A stretch of DNA of 63,697 nt, the filler included, from Syncephalis fuscata S228 (Eukaryota > Fungi > Zoopagomycota), in NCBI GenBank assembly GCA_025786725.1. It is 3 parts of 3 records of this genome, joined end to end, with 100 filler letters (N's around TTAATTAATTAA, not from the genome) between each part and the next. Parts side by side here need not be neighbours in the genome. Positions count along the whole stretch, not along the records: positions 20,633 to 45,030 come from JAHLTZ010000130.1; 2 more parts are not named here. The stretch is one strand, 5' to 3'. Position numbers and translations under genes: made by a program. Below the pieces are notes generated by a model, which saw only the letters and a program-made list of their open reading frames with translations, ran no database searches and was not told the origin of the DNA. This document shows, in pieces, positions 26,078 through 38,491 of the stretch (position 1 is its first letter; each line of letters begins with the position of its first letter).

Positions 26078-29000
26078 TGTGTTGCTAGCTGCTGACTTTA
26101 ACGGAGAAAACAAATAGAAATGACAAATAAAAGCGTAGTTTTTTATAGTAATATATATATATATAAACTCAGAAACAACAATAAAAAACGTATATATTGT
26201 TTACTCAAGTAGCAAGTTGAATGGAAAGGTGACGGATAGAATAGGCTTGAACACAATTACAGCGTTTCCTTTTAAATGTCGTATTAGTAATACCACATGA
26301 GACATGGTAGTACGAACACATAATAGCCATTGTTGCAAGAAATGTAAACGGGCTTACTATAGTAGTTGTATAAATGGTATGCTACTCAATCCTTAAACTC
26401 AATGATATTTTATTACAACAATATGACTTTTATTTAACAACGCTATGTATGTCTGGCTTATAGCTACATTTTAGTAGAAATAGGAAACAGAACTAGAAAA
26501 GTAATAAATATACAATTCATACTAGATCATGTCTTTGGCGATGATTATATTACAGTGTAGCATCACTTAATTATCATATATGACATGAGAAAATCAGCGC
26601 ACTGACCATCAAACTAAATGTTTTCAATATAGCTATTAATAAATTACAGAAATTAAAGCAACATGTTTTTTTTGGAATAACAGGATATGAAAGTACAATC
26701 ATAATAGTGATTTATGTTCATACATATATATATTAATCATTCCAGTTGCTTCAGTCCTGAGTGCTTCATGGGCCGATGGCAGATCTGATCTCGCATATAA
26801 TTTTGCTAATAAGATTTATAGAAAAAGCGGAAACGATACTTTTTTGGATATGCTAATAATAGTACTTATAAGTTGAGTTTGGTATATCGTTTTAACGGAT
26901 TTGAACCCATGGTATTTTTTACTCTTTAGAACAAAAGGGATTACAGCTACATACACAAATAGCACAAGGCGAAAATAAATGTATAGCTATGCAGAAAAAC
27001 ATTATTACCAAATAGCTCTGGACATTTGTCAATTGGGTAGGAAAGCAGACCATCAATGGTCATTTCAACAATAGACACCATGATGTGAAGTATCTATGAA
27101 AATTTAAATGCAAGCGTTGAATGAGTATTTAGTTTTTTGCATTTACAATCTTGTTATTTACCTTGCTTTATTACATTGGTGCTTTTGTCTATTATAATTT
27201 TCACCATGCCAATATTGCCGTTACTGAAATCTGCCAAGTCTTGAAGCATCAATAGTTACTCACAGTGTCGAAATCCAGATTTAATCATGCAAAAATTCTA
27301 CTAAATACGTTGCCTAGTAAAACTAAACGCTACCTAATACAATTAAATAAGCAGTGCTAATACTTTTACAATTGAAAACTAATCAAAGAACATATGTATT
27401 GGCGATTATAAATTTCATAAATTAGTTGAAATGCACGTTTACAATTTTTTGCAACCAATTTCATTTAAATTATTTGAAAGTTAAATGTCGTAGCAATATT
27501 AAAAGATTTTCAGCGTTTTATATTGGTTTATTGCAAATATGTACATGTAAAAGTTATTATTAATATTAAAAATGACTGCATTGAAAGTGGGCTAAGGCTT
27601 TAGACAATGCGGCAAGAACAACTAACTGTGTGACGTTTATTTGTGTTAAAAAACAAAGACATCGTTTGGCATTGAAAATATTCAAAATTGTTTTGAATCT
27701 CCGGTTGCAACAAAACATGCAACATTTTTGTAATAAATAATCAACAATGAGAAAAATGTTCACGGGTGCAGATAATAGTATGTGGCTCAAACAAGTTTTT
27801 GCTTAATGCATGGGTGATACAAGTATAACAAAGTCCTTTGTTTAACAATATCAGCTGCAATATTATACATTCTTGTGTAAATAGGCGGAACACGATAAAC
27901 GCGTTACATACACAAATCAAAATCAATTGTATTTCTAAAAAGGGGCAAATAGCAACTATTCAGCATTGTATTCTACAACACTTGCTTGGAAAGGATAGAC
28001 GTTTAGCCGATTTGCATCCGCTAACCAGTATTGGTTGTAGTTTTTGATTTGTCAAACAGGTGGACTGGTTGTCCTTCGGAGACCAGTCGTATCTGGTAGC
28101 AGTCACGTCATGCGTTATCTCAAAGGGTTAACAGGTGGCCCGTTCACTGGTTATTACGGCGATAATGGCCTTATTTCATGCTGTAATGCAAGCATACAAT
28201 ATAATATGCGATGTAACTTCATTGTAATGGAATTCAGATACATTGAATACTTACTCGAAACCTCCTGAAATGGAAACTAGAGCCATAAAGTCGCCATATT
28301 GTCAATTCTGGAAGGATGGCCATCGTGCCCACTAGACTCATTAATACCGGTTTGCCTGCCAACCATGACGTATATGGCGTGCCACTGCAATGTATATGGG
28401 TAGAGTCGATGGCTCCTTGGCTGCATGTCAATCCGTCCGTTTTTTGCATTACCAAGGGCCGCATGAGTGGGTACGGCTATTCTTTTTCCATTGCCAAGCG
28501 TTTGTTGTATCGGTTCCCTGTCTGATTGGTTGGATGATAAGCTAATTGTTTAAAAAATCTTGTTACTGCTGTAGCACAGCATCTAATGTTAGCATTTCAT
28601 ACAATAAATTTGCAAAAGTGCGATACATAACAATGATTTCCATGCCAATCTGCATCACACTGTCTTTGCTGGCACGAGCTAGACTTTCACTCACGTGTTC
28701 TGTAACAACATTTCACCGCCGTTTTCTGGTATTCTGAAAAATTGCAGAGCTTTGTCTGTTGTGTTACCAGCACGCTTGCCTTTTGAACATTCCACCTTAA
28801 TGCTGTTTTATGGCCTATGTTGATCACATGAATCAGACGGAACAAAGAGATGACCGTCGGGGTCGTGCCAATTGCTTCTAAAATGGGACTTGCTGTTGAC
28901 GCCTTCATGCGCAGATCCATAGACACATAGTGCACATTCCACCACCTTGGCAAAGAGTAAAGCAGCAAATTGGTAATTTCGCGTTGGTTGCTGTCAACAC

Positions 29001-29449
29001 GGGTACCATTACTGTCGGCATATGCGGCCACCCCATGGCATGACGACTAATCGTATTTGAAACTCTAGGGTAGCGTTACAATCCCAGTCATATGCCACAT
29101 TCTGGACCAAGTTTAATTGGGCCGGCCAGCCGTTGTACCAATACTGAGTAGCTCATACAGCGAAATTTTATGCACAATGTCCGCCCAGAAAACCGGCAGA
29201 TTCATTGTGCCACAGTGTATGGTTCAGGTCCATCGCAGCAATGTTAGAGCCCAGCGCTTCCGTTTTAGCCGATGTCTACCGACCTAGAATACCTATAAAT
29301 TCAATGCGAGCCTGCACCTTAGTGTGGCTTCTGTAGTCAATTGTCCTGTGCCAGATTTATTTTTTATTGTATCTATTTTCAATTTTGTTCTACTCTGAGT
29401 AGTTTTTCTATAAAAAATATATCGTCATCGAATCTACTAGCAATACACC

Positions 29450-30336
29450 ATGTCTTTCGACGGGCAAATGACAACAGGGAGTAGTGGCGGTAAGTAAATG
29501 GCGTTTATACTTTTATCTTATTTGTTAATATGACTCATTCTCGTAGACTGTCTAACTATTGATAGTCGCTGGATTGAGGTGTTTCAGCAATATCTGAACG
29601 TTAGCGGAATCCCCCATATTGATCCATATTTGTTGGTACAGCACGTACTAGCACAGCTTCAAATAAATGCCACTACAAATCCCGAAAAACTAGCAGAAAG
29701 TTTGTTACTTCAAGATTATAATTCAAGTAGCGAAAATTATTATGGAGAGCTGAATCTGACTAACCGTAACATCAGTACGATACTTGAACAGCAATGTCTG
29801 CCGAATAGTAAGTTAGTAAATAGTTTTATATAAAATTATTAACGTAAATAATTATAGATAATTACAACATAAATTTATCTCAAAATAATTCATCTTCTAT
29901 AGAACAAGCTCAACAAATGCAGCTTCAATATCAACACTATCAACAACAACAACAACAACAGTTGCAGCAACAGCAACAACAAGTTCAACTCCAACAGCAA
30001 GGACAACAAACACAACAGTTACAATTACATCAGCAGCAGCAACGGCAGCAACAGCAATTACAATTACAGCAGTCGCAATCGCGTTCTATGCGCCGTCGAG
30101 TAACACACGTACCTTCAAAACCTCCAAATGCATTCATTATATTTCGCAGGGAGCGTGCCATAGCCATGAGAAATGAAGATCCAAAGATAAAAAATGGTGA
30201 GATTTCAAAACTGACCGGAAAAGAATGGCGCGAGGCTAGTCCAGTTCTTAAGGATGCCTATAGGCGCAAAGCAGAAAACATTAAACGTGATACCGTGGCC
30301 GTGGTTAATATTGATTTACTAGCATCTTCGCTTTAA
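29450..30336 (+). CDS. MATA/SOX-type HMG-box transcription factor with polyQ tract (3 exons)
   Basis: Exons 29450-29489, 29547-29807 and 29858-30336 splice in frame. HMG box KPPNAFIIFRRE...IKNGEISKLTGKEWREASPVLKDAYRRKAE. Confidence 0.88.
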
Positions 30337-30670
30337 GCATCGATGCCGGGCTAATTATTGGTTATAGCGTATATTTACCTATCTTACAGTCGGCAATCCT
30401 TTATGTGATTGCTATTGAAGCATGTTTGCTTTCAACTGTTGCTTAATGGTGTTGCGGCACCAGATTAGCACTTTTTGGGCTTGATTTTTTTGTTATTATT
30501 AGTATACTGTTGTTTTTAAATTTATATATCATGGTAAATAATGAGTATTCCTGAATAAACTAGACACTTATAAGTTTATTTTTACTAATTCAACGTGTAT
30601 TGATTAATATTACAGCTATTGTACTACAATGTCGTTTGTTTAATAATAAAAATGATTTTTTAACTGTTTA

Positions 30671-31878
30671 TTATAATTTAGCACGATTGCCTTGATTAAT
30701 AAAACGAGAAGTTGGTCCCTGAAATTCACGACTGTTTAAAACTTTAATACCAAATGCTACTTCGGTAGCCAATGCCGATTCAAGCGAGTCGGCATGAGCA
30801 GTCATATGAACAGATTGTAAATCCCCTCGCATGCATAGCTGCGGATGAGCACATAACTCGCGCGCCAATAATAGAGCACCATCGAAAGCAGTTGTAGAAG
30901 ACATCCGATTTGCTAGACGCAACTGGATGGCTTCTTTGGCCTGACCTCGCGCCTGTTTAGCAAACCAATTAGTGTTACCTGTGCCATGGATGGCTAGTAA
31001 TCCTGTTTTTCTTTACCCTGTAAGAATCATATCCAGTGCAGCACTTTCCCCAATAAGTCGAGGTAATCTAGTATTTTGATATTGCTACAGTTATAGTGGC
31101 CAATCACTAATGTTTATGCGCTACCTCACCTTATTGTGCCGCCATCAATCAATGGAACGCCACGACGCCGACAAAACACGCCAAAAACAGCCGACTGATC
31201 AATAACGCGTAAATCGCACCAGCAGGCCAATTCGAGTCCACCGGCAACTGCATAGCCTAGTTTAACGAACTAAAACATTAGAGCTGTTCAATAACACTAA
31301 AATGGAGCGCACCAGAGATGGCAGCGATGACCGGCTTAGACAGCTGCATTCGTGTTGGGCTAAAACAAAATATAGCAATGTTAGCAGCACTGATTGTTGT
31401 GAATTGGCGGTATAGGCGCAGCTTACCCCATTGGTCCATCATCTTTCATGTTGGTGGAGACTAGATTACTACGATGGCCACCCTCCAACACAGCACTTAA
31501 ATCTAGATTATTGACAATAGTGTTAGCTATACAGCAACATGAATAAGTAACAATGGCCATACCTGCACCAGCACAAAAGTTGCCACCTAGTACGCGTTTA
31601 ATACATCAAATATTGCTACTTTATACATCACGGAACTTGCCTGCCCCGGTAAGAATGGCAACATCAGACTAGAAAATAATTTAATTAATAGTCTGATACA
31701 GTGCTATAGACACGACAATACTAGTTACCTCGGCATCTTGGTCAAAGTTTCGAAATGCAACAGTTAGTGCCTTGGCCGTTGGTCGGTCAACGCAATTACG
31801 TTTATTTGGGCGGTTAATAGTTATCACGGTTACCCGTTCAACTTTATGTACAAGTACTAATGGCTCGCCGCTACTCAT
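30671..31878 (-). CDS. Enoyl-CoA hydratase/isomerase family protein (multi-exon, with microexons)
   Basis: ITINRPNKRNCVD, GGNFCAGADL, KPVIAAISGYAVAGGLELACWCDLR, FCRRRGVPLIDGGTIRLPRLIG. Confidence 0.92.
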
Positions 31879-32099
31879 ATTGTGCAATAAAAAAACTGAT
31901 ACGTCAGCCAGCTAGTCCATCTAGCTCTTGGTCCTTTATTAGTAATCCGGTCACACATAACGGCATTGTTGTTCCGTTCTATATATAAATATAGAATTTA
32001 ATCCGAGATACCAACAGAGACAGCGTTAATTATATTCTTTAGAGTATTATTAAATAAATAATTTTTAGTGGTTAAATAACCTTTATTTTTTAGTACATT

Positions 32100-32290
32100 C
32101 TATATTATACCGACTTGGTGGTGCGATCAACGTTTGTTATCTACGTTCCATTTATTACTAAATTAAACTCGCGTCTTTATAAATATTGACTGGCAGGGAT
32201 TATAGTTCACAATCTACGTCATTACATTTCCCTTTCTCTTTCTTTACACTTGACAGCATATATCCATTGCATATACTTGTACACTCCATA
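32100..32290 (+). repeat. Dispersed repeat or paralogous relic, inverse copy at ~59770-59965
   Basis: ACGTCATTACATTTCCCTTTCTCTTTCTTTACACTTGACAGCAT...ATACTTGTACACTCCA matches the reverse complement of ~59775-59850. ATACCGACTTG and TAAATTAAACT..TATAAATATTGACTG are also shared. Confidence 0.75.
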
Positions 32291-32509
32291 TATACTAATT
32301 AGATAGTGTCAGTAGTTAGTCAGCTACTAGTCAACTACAAACACTATTTACACTATGTACTTGCATTGCTTTTTTATATTTACCTTCATCACTCTGATAA
32401 TTGTTTTTGACAACTTCTTTGACACGATAAGTACATTCTGGCTTTTTTTATGTTATATTGAATATATAACTGTCAAAAGCTCGCTGTATACTTTGTTTTT
32501 GCTATGGAC

Positions 32510-33019
32510 TGTCATTGCGGGTTATTTGACAATAACCTTCAATCTCAACAGTGATAGTGTGTTTTGCTGCTGTCGAGACTGTACACACTGAGGTCAAAAC
32601 AATTTGCAGTAGCAATCTATGGCAGGCAAAACATACAGTGGCCTTGGTGGCATGTAGTCACCAGTTACTGCGTACATCTGCTGTACACATACAGTAGTAA
32701 TAGTATAGAAAGCACTGCTATTATAGTCACAGAATAAGTTTTTAGTGTCGGTGCAGTAGTGTGATTTACCACTCCTACCACTGCCATATATGCACAGCTA
32801 CTGCACGATGACTATATTGCTTATATACTTTGTTAACTTTCCAACAATAGAATGATATGCAATAATAAATATAAAATAGTAATGACATGTATGAATAGAG
32901 GATATATGCATACTGGATAATGATCTACAATGATGAGTATTTTGATAATTGGTGTCATTCACCACTCATCACCATGTTCAATAGACTGAACATTATTAAA
33001 TGTAGCCATTTGACCATCA
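32510..33019 (+). repeat. Left arm of ~510-bp inverted repeat flanking SLA2
   Basis: Reverse complement of 37767-38274; only 3 substitutions and one 2-bp indel seen. Confidence 0.97.
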
Positions 33020-33477
33020 AGCTACATTAAATATTTATAGAAATAAAGTTTATTCTTGACCATTAATATAGACTGTATTTATTGTGAATTGTTGTAATGG
33101 CAATTTGTTAATTACTTTGTTACGTATAGTATCCAGCCTAGGATATTGCCATTTAAAAACGAATTGGATTCAGTGCAAGCGCTATTCAAATCTGTTTAAT
33201 CCAAGTCTATCTGATTCTTGCATGCTCCTTGACTCTTGGCCTATTTGCACGCTGTCACGTCGATCGTTCTACGCTCTTGTCTTCAACTGTACCTATCTTT
33301 CATCTTTACACTGCTGTCATTCACTAGCTACTTTACCGGATAAGACTCTATCTCGACCGGTAGGCATTTCCTGTGTTTGTCCACGTCCATGGTCAGCTAA
33401 CAATCAACCATTATAACACTTGACGGATTGCGTATATCATATATATAGAAATATAATACCGATAGGCCATTTCAACT

Positions 33478-36400
33478 ATGGCGACCTATGGCTCCTACAG
33501 TTCTCGGTCAGACCGGACAAAGTCTGACCAAGAGCTAGCACTGCATGTTAAGAAAATGACCTCACCCGATGAGACCTCGCCTAAACAAAAGCATGTCCGT
33601 GGTAAGTAGCAGTAGCAGTAGCAGTAATAACAGTCGTCAGTCTATAATGGTGTAGCTTTATGTCAATACAAACTCGCGCGATAAAGTATTAATATTTTGT
33701 ATTGAATATAGCCTGTATCGTCTATACATGGGACCATAAAACATCCAATCCCATCTGGTCGCAATTAAAAATCCAACCAATTCATGGCGATGAAGTTATG
33801 TGTTTCAAAGCGCTTATATCTGCGCATAAAATCATCCGCGGTGGCCATCCCAATGTAGGCTTAACATTAATAGTAACATCTGTACAGTTGTTAATATAAA
33901 TAAACCGATAGACATTAAAAGAAGCGATGCGTGAGGCACCGTTCTTTGAAACACTTAGTCGTTCCGTATCTGGTGATGGTGTCCGAGGTAATTATCAAAT
34001 AGGCGTGGCATTACTGTCAGCTATAAATACTAATATATAATGTACTATTTAGGCTATGGTACAATGATTCGCGCATATATCAAATTGATTCTAGCCAAAC
34101 TTGAATTTCATTCACTGCATAGAGATTTCAATGGCACATTTGATTATGAAGACTATATCAGTTTAAAGGGCACCGATAATCCTGATGAAGGTTATGAAAC
34201 AGTCATGGATCTCATGGTGCTACAGGATAAAGTCGATGCTTTCCAAAAGCTGGTATTTAGACATTTCCGTCCTTCATCCAACAATGAATGTCGTATTGCA
34301 GCACTTGTACCAATGGTTGAGGAAAGCTACGGTATTTACAAGTTTGTTATGAGTATGCTGATTGCATTACATAAATGTAAGTGACTATGGATAGTAAAAT
34401 TGACTAAGAGCGATAGTAATACAGTCTATTTGCTAATATTAACTACTTGATTACAGTGACCAACTCGGAGGATGCATTGGCTCCATTAAGACAGCGATTT
34501 AATGCACAACATTATGCTCTACTTAAGTTCTATTATGAATGTTCAAATCTAAAATATCTGACTAGTCTAATCACTGTACCGAAATTGCCTAATGTAAGTT
34601 ATCTACAGAACAGTATAATAAGCGATGCCAATATTTGTAATGATATTAGGATCCACCAAATCTATTTGATACACCCAATGCTGTTGTTCCTTATCGTCGA
34701 CCAGCCACGCCACCACCACCACCACGACAGCCTTCACCGCCCACACCAGAAGTAGCAATTCGGGCTATTGTATCCGAGACTGAACCGAATCCACGACCTG
34801 TAGTCGACTTCTGGAGTGAAGATCAACAAAAAGATTGATGTAGTTGAACGACAATACACGATTCAGCAACAGAATCTACAGCAACAACAAATGCTATGGC
34901 AGCAGCAAATGATGCAACAGCGCTTGCAACAACAGCGCGAATTTGATGAACAACAGCGTTTACAAGCAGAACGTGAACGTCTAGCACAAGAACAGTTTGC
35001 CCGTGAACAGATGCAGCGTCAATCGCAAGGGCAGCTACTTGATCTTGAACGAGAATTGCTAAACTATAAAAATCAACATGAACGCGATCAAATGCTTTTA
35101 GAGCAATACAATACGGTAAGAGACCAGTAGTTTTATTAATTAGCAATATTGATTAACATTATTAATTATACAACAAATATTTGTTAATAGAGAATTCGTG
35201 CTTTGGAACAAGAAATGAGTCAAATGAATCTTAATAATCAAGCACGGGATTCCAGTAAGGATTCGTTGATTAAATCACTCCAAGGTAGTGTGTTGACATG
35301 GATTGGTGATAATTAAGCTTATTTTATTTATTAGATCAACTTGCTTTATGGAAATCAAAATATGAACAGTTGGCTAAATTGTACCAACAATTACGCCAAG
35401 AGCATTTAGAACTATTGGGCAAGTACAAACAAGCACAGCAAAAGGTTAAAGATGCGTCGGAAGCATTGGAAAAACTTGAAAAGATGCAAACTGAGATTCG
35501 AGTAAGTACTATTAGATAAATAGCTATTTATTCTAACTAATGAATAATAATCGTTGTTATTAGAACAAGAATCTACAGCTTGCTGATATGATTCGTGAAC
35601 GTGATCGTATTAAGGCAGATCTGGCCCGACAAAAGACGGTAAGTTGATGTAATCAATTAAAAGTGGTACTCATTATATTTATATTTATTAAACAGTCGCA
35701 ACAGGATGAACTTGATCGCTTGAAACGTGAATTGGCACAAAGCCAGGCACAGGCTGAAGAATTGGGCAAAGTAAGTTGGTTAAAAAAGTATAAATTATAG
35801 ATAATTAATTTATGATTTCTGTATAGTCAAAGAGTGCCGAAGTAGGTGGCATGTTGGCCAAGTTCAATGCTGAGAAAGAAGCATTGGAACGATTAATATC
35901 AGAAAAGCAAAATGATATTAATAAATTGCTACGTGAATTGAAAGAGCGTAAAGGAGATGTAGAGCGTATGGAGCAGGTACGTATTTACTATTATTAATCT
36001 CAATATAAGCCAATGGTATTAAATATGTGGTAATAGGCGAAGAATGAAGAAATTGCTATTCTACAAGCTGGTATGGATCAAGGTCTTTTGGCTTTGGCCG
36101 ATCTACAAAATGTACGTATTATATAGCATTTAATCGTCAATTACTTACTAATAGTATATTAACAACAACGATTACTTAGGCATCTTCGTCATCAGAAACT
36201 GATTTACGAGCGGCCATGGAAAGACTCAAACTGGAACATGCTGATCGATTAAGCAAGATTCTAGGTAAGTAATGTGTATAATGAATAATTAATCAATCAT
36301 TAATCAGTCTAATGATATTAGACAGTATTTTATTGGGATGTATTACAAAGGTTGATGAGTCGATCTTTGAACTTGAATCGCCGGCCCATCAAGGCAATCA

Positions 36401-37547
36401 AACAGCCACACCCGAGTATATACTTACTATGGTAGAGAGTGTAAACGATGCCTCTACCGACTTTGCCATTGCTTGTACGCAGCATATTCAAGGACGTGGT
36501 GATCAGACTGAGGTTATTGCTAGTGCCACAACATTTGCACAAATTATTGGACAATTACTACACAACGGCAAGGGAGTGACTCGACTGGCCGGTGATGGTA
36601 GTGTGGCCGAGAAGCTTATTGATTCTGCAAAAGGCACGGCCGAGTCAACTCAAAACTTCTTCCATAAGATTCTTTCTAGCAATATGAAAGGCATGCCACA
36701 ATCAGCACGAGTTGACTCGGTAGCTCATGCAAATGTTGAGGTCCAAGATCATTTGGCCACCTTTAGCAGTCTTACCGAATCGCTTATTCCCAAAGAGGCC
36801 AGCACGGTGACCGATATGAGTGGTGACGTAGCCACTATTGTTGAGGATCAAATGGTGGCAGCTGCTCGGGCCATCCAAGAAGCGGCCGATCGTATTGCCG
36901 CACTACGTGATAAAACGCACGATCCGCTACTATCGGCCAGTGATCGTAGTGTCCACGCGGCCATTCTCGATGCTGTTATGGCTATGATGAACGCCATTGC
37001 TAATCTAATTAAATGTGCCACGGATACACAACAGGAAATTGTTGCTCATGGACGCGGTAGCAGTACCAGTACCGAATTCTACAAAAAGAATAATCGATGG
37101 ACCGAAGGACTTATTTCGGCCGCTAAAGCAGTGGCCACCGCAACGAATACACTTGTCGAAGCGGCCGACGGTGTTATTAACGGCACGCATGACTTTGAAT
37201 ACTTGATTGTAGCATCGAATGAAGTGGCCGCCGCTACGGTTCAACTTGTGGCCGCAGCCCGTGTCAAATCGGTTGCCATGTCAAAGACGCAAGATAATCT
37301 GGAATTGGCCAGTAAAGCGGTGACCGATGCCGTTAAGGCCCTTGTCAATGCAGTGCGCAGTATAATGAACCAAAAGTCGCAAGAGAAGGATATTGATCTC
37401 GAGAAGCTATCGGCGTACGAATTAAAGAAGCGTGAACTCGAACTACAAGCGGATATTCTACGTCTCAAGCAAGAACTCGATACGCAACATCGTCGACTAG
37501 GCGAGATGCGTCGCTACAACTATCACGCTGAGGAAGGCGCCGAATAA
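33478..37547 (+). CDS. SLA2: Sla2/HIP1R endocytic adaptor (ANTH, coiled coil, I/LWEQ domain)
   Basis: KMTSPDETSPKQKHVR|ACIVYTWDHK, NNECRIAALVPMVEESYGIYKF, FYKKNNRWTEGLISAAKAVA. Many introns; one apparent frameshift near 34830. Confidence 0.97.
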
Positions 37548-37766
37548 TAAACTAAATGGAATATTCATTTTTAACACTAACTGTATTGCAAATAATGCTT
37601 TTTCTTGTTTGTCTATCCACTGATAAATATATGTTCTATGATAATGAGTGTGTTTTTGTGCAAATTAGCTCTTAGTCTTTTTAATTGATATTTTGCTATA
37701 CATTTGTTGTGTTGATGAGCATGTTCTATGATAACAAATCTATGATTATTTAATTATATTGTGATC

Positions 37767-38274
37767 TGATGGTCAAATGGCTACATTTAATAATGTTCAG
37801 TCTATTGAACATGGTGATGAGTGGTGAATGACACCAATTATCAAAATACTCATCATTGTAGATTATTATCCAGTATGCATATATCCTCTATTCATACATG
37901 TCATTACTATTTTATTTATTATTGCATATCATTCTATTGTTGGAAAGTTAACAAAGTATATAAGCAATATAGTCATCGTGCAGTAGCTGTGCATATATGG
38001 CAGTGGTAGGAGTGGTAGATCACACTACTGCACCGACACTAAAAACTTATTCTGTGACTATAATAGCAGTGCTTTCTATACTATTACTACTGTATGTGTA
38101 CAGCAGATGTACGCAGTAACTGGTGACTACATGCCACCAAGGCCACTGTATGTTTTGCCTGCCATAGATTGCTACTGCAAATTGTTTTGACCTCAGTGTG
38201 TACAGTCTCGACAGCAGCAAAACACACTATCACTGTTGAGATTGAAGGTTATTGTCAAATAACCTGCAATGACA
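37767..38274 (-). repeat. Right arm of inverted repeat flanking SLA2
   Basis: TGATGGTCAAATGGCTACA...AACCTGCAATGACA is the reverse complement of 32510-33019. Confidence 0.97.
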
Positions 38275-38491
38275 ATTTAGATAGTAGTTATTCAAAGTTT
38301 TTTTGCTAATAATATTATTGCAATATTAATAGTATGCTTTATGGTAAAAAATAAAGCTATTTAACCACCAAAACTGCTTATTATCATAGAACCTATTAAG
38401 TAAATTTATTTATTACCATAGGGCATATCGTTAATATTGCAATAACATTATTAGCAAAAAATACTTTGAATAAACTACTATCTAAATTGTC
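38271..38491. mobile_element. Palindromic MITE-like element (~221 bp, ~85-bp arms)
   Basis: GACAATTTAGATAGTAGTTATTCAAAG...GCTAATAATATTATTGCAATATTAA pairs with TTAATATTGCAATAACATTATTAGC...CTTTGAATAAACTACTATCTAAATTGTC. Confidence 0.8.

Noticed and set aside
32510-38274. Pack-MULE or composite transposon carrying SLA2
   Set aside because: The TIR termini face inward toward SLA2 and no outer TSD is visible.
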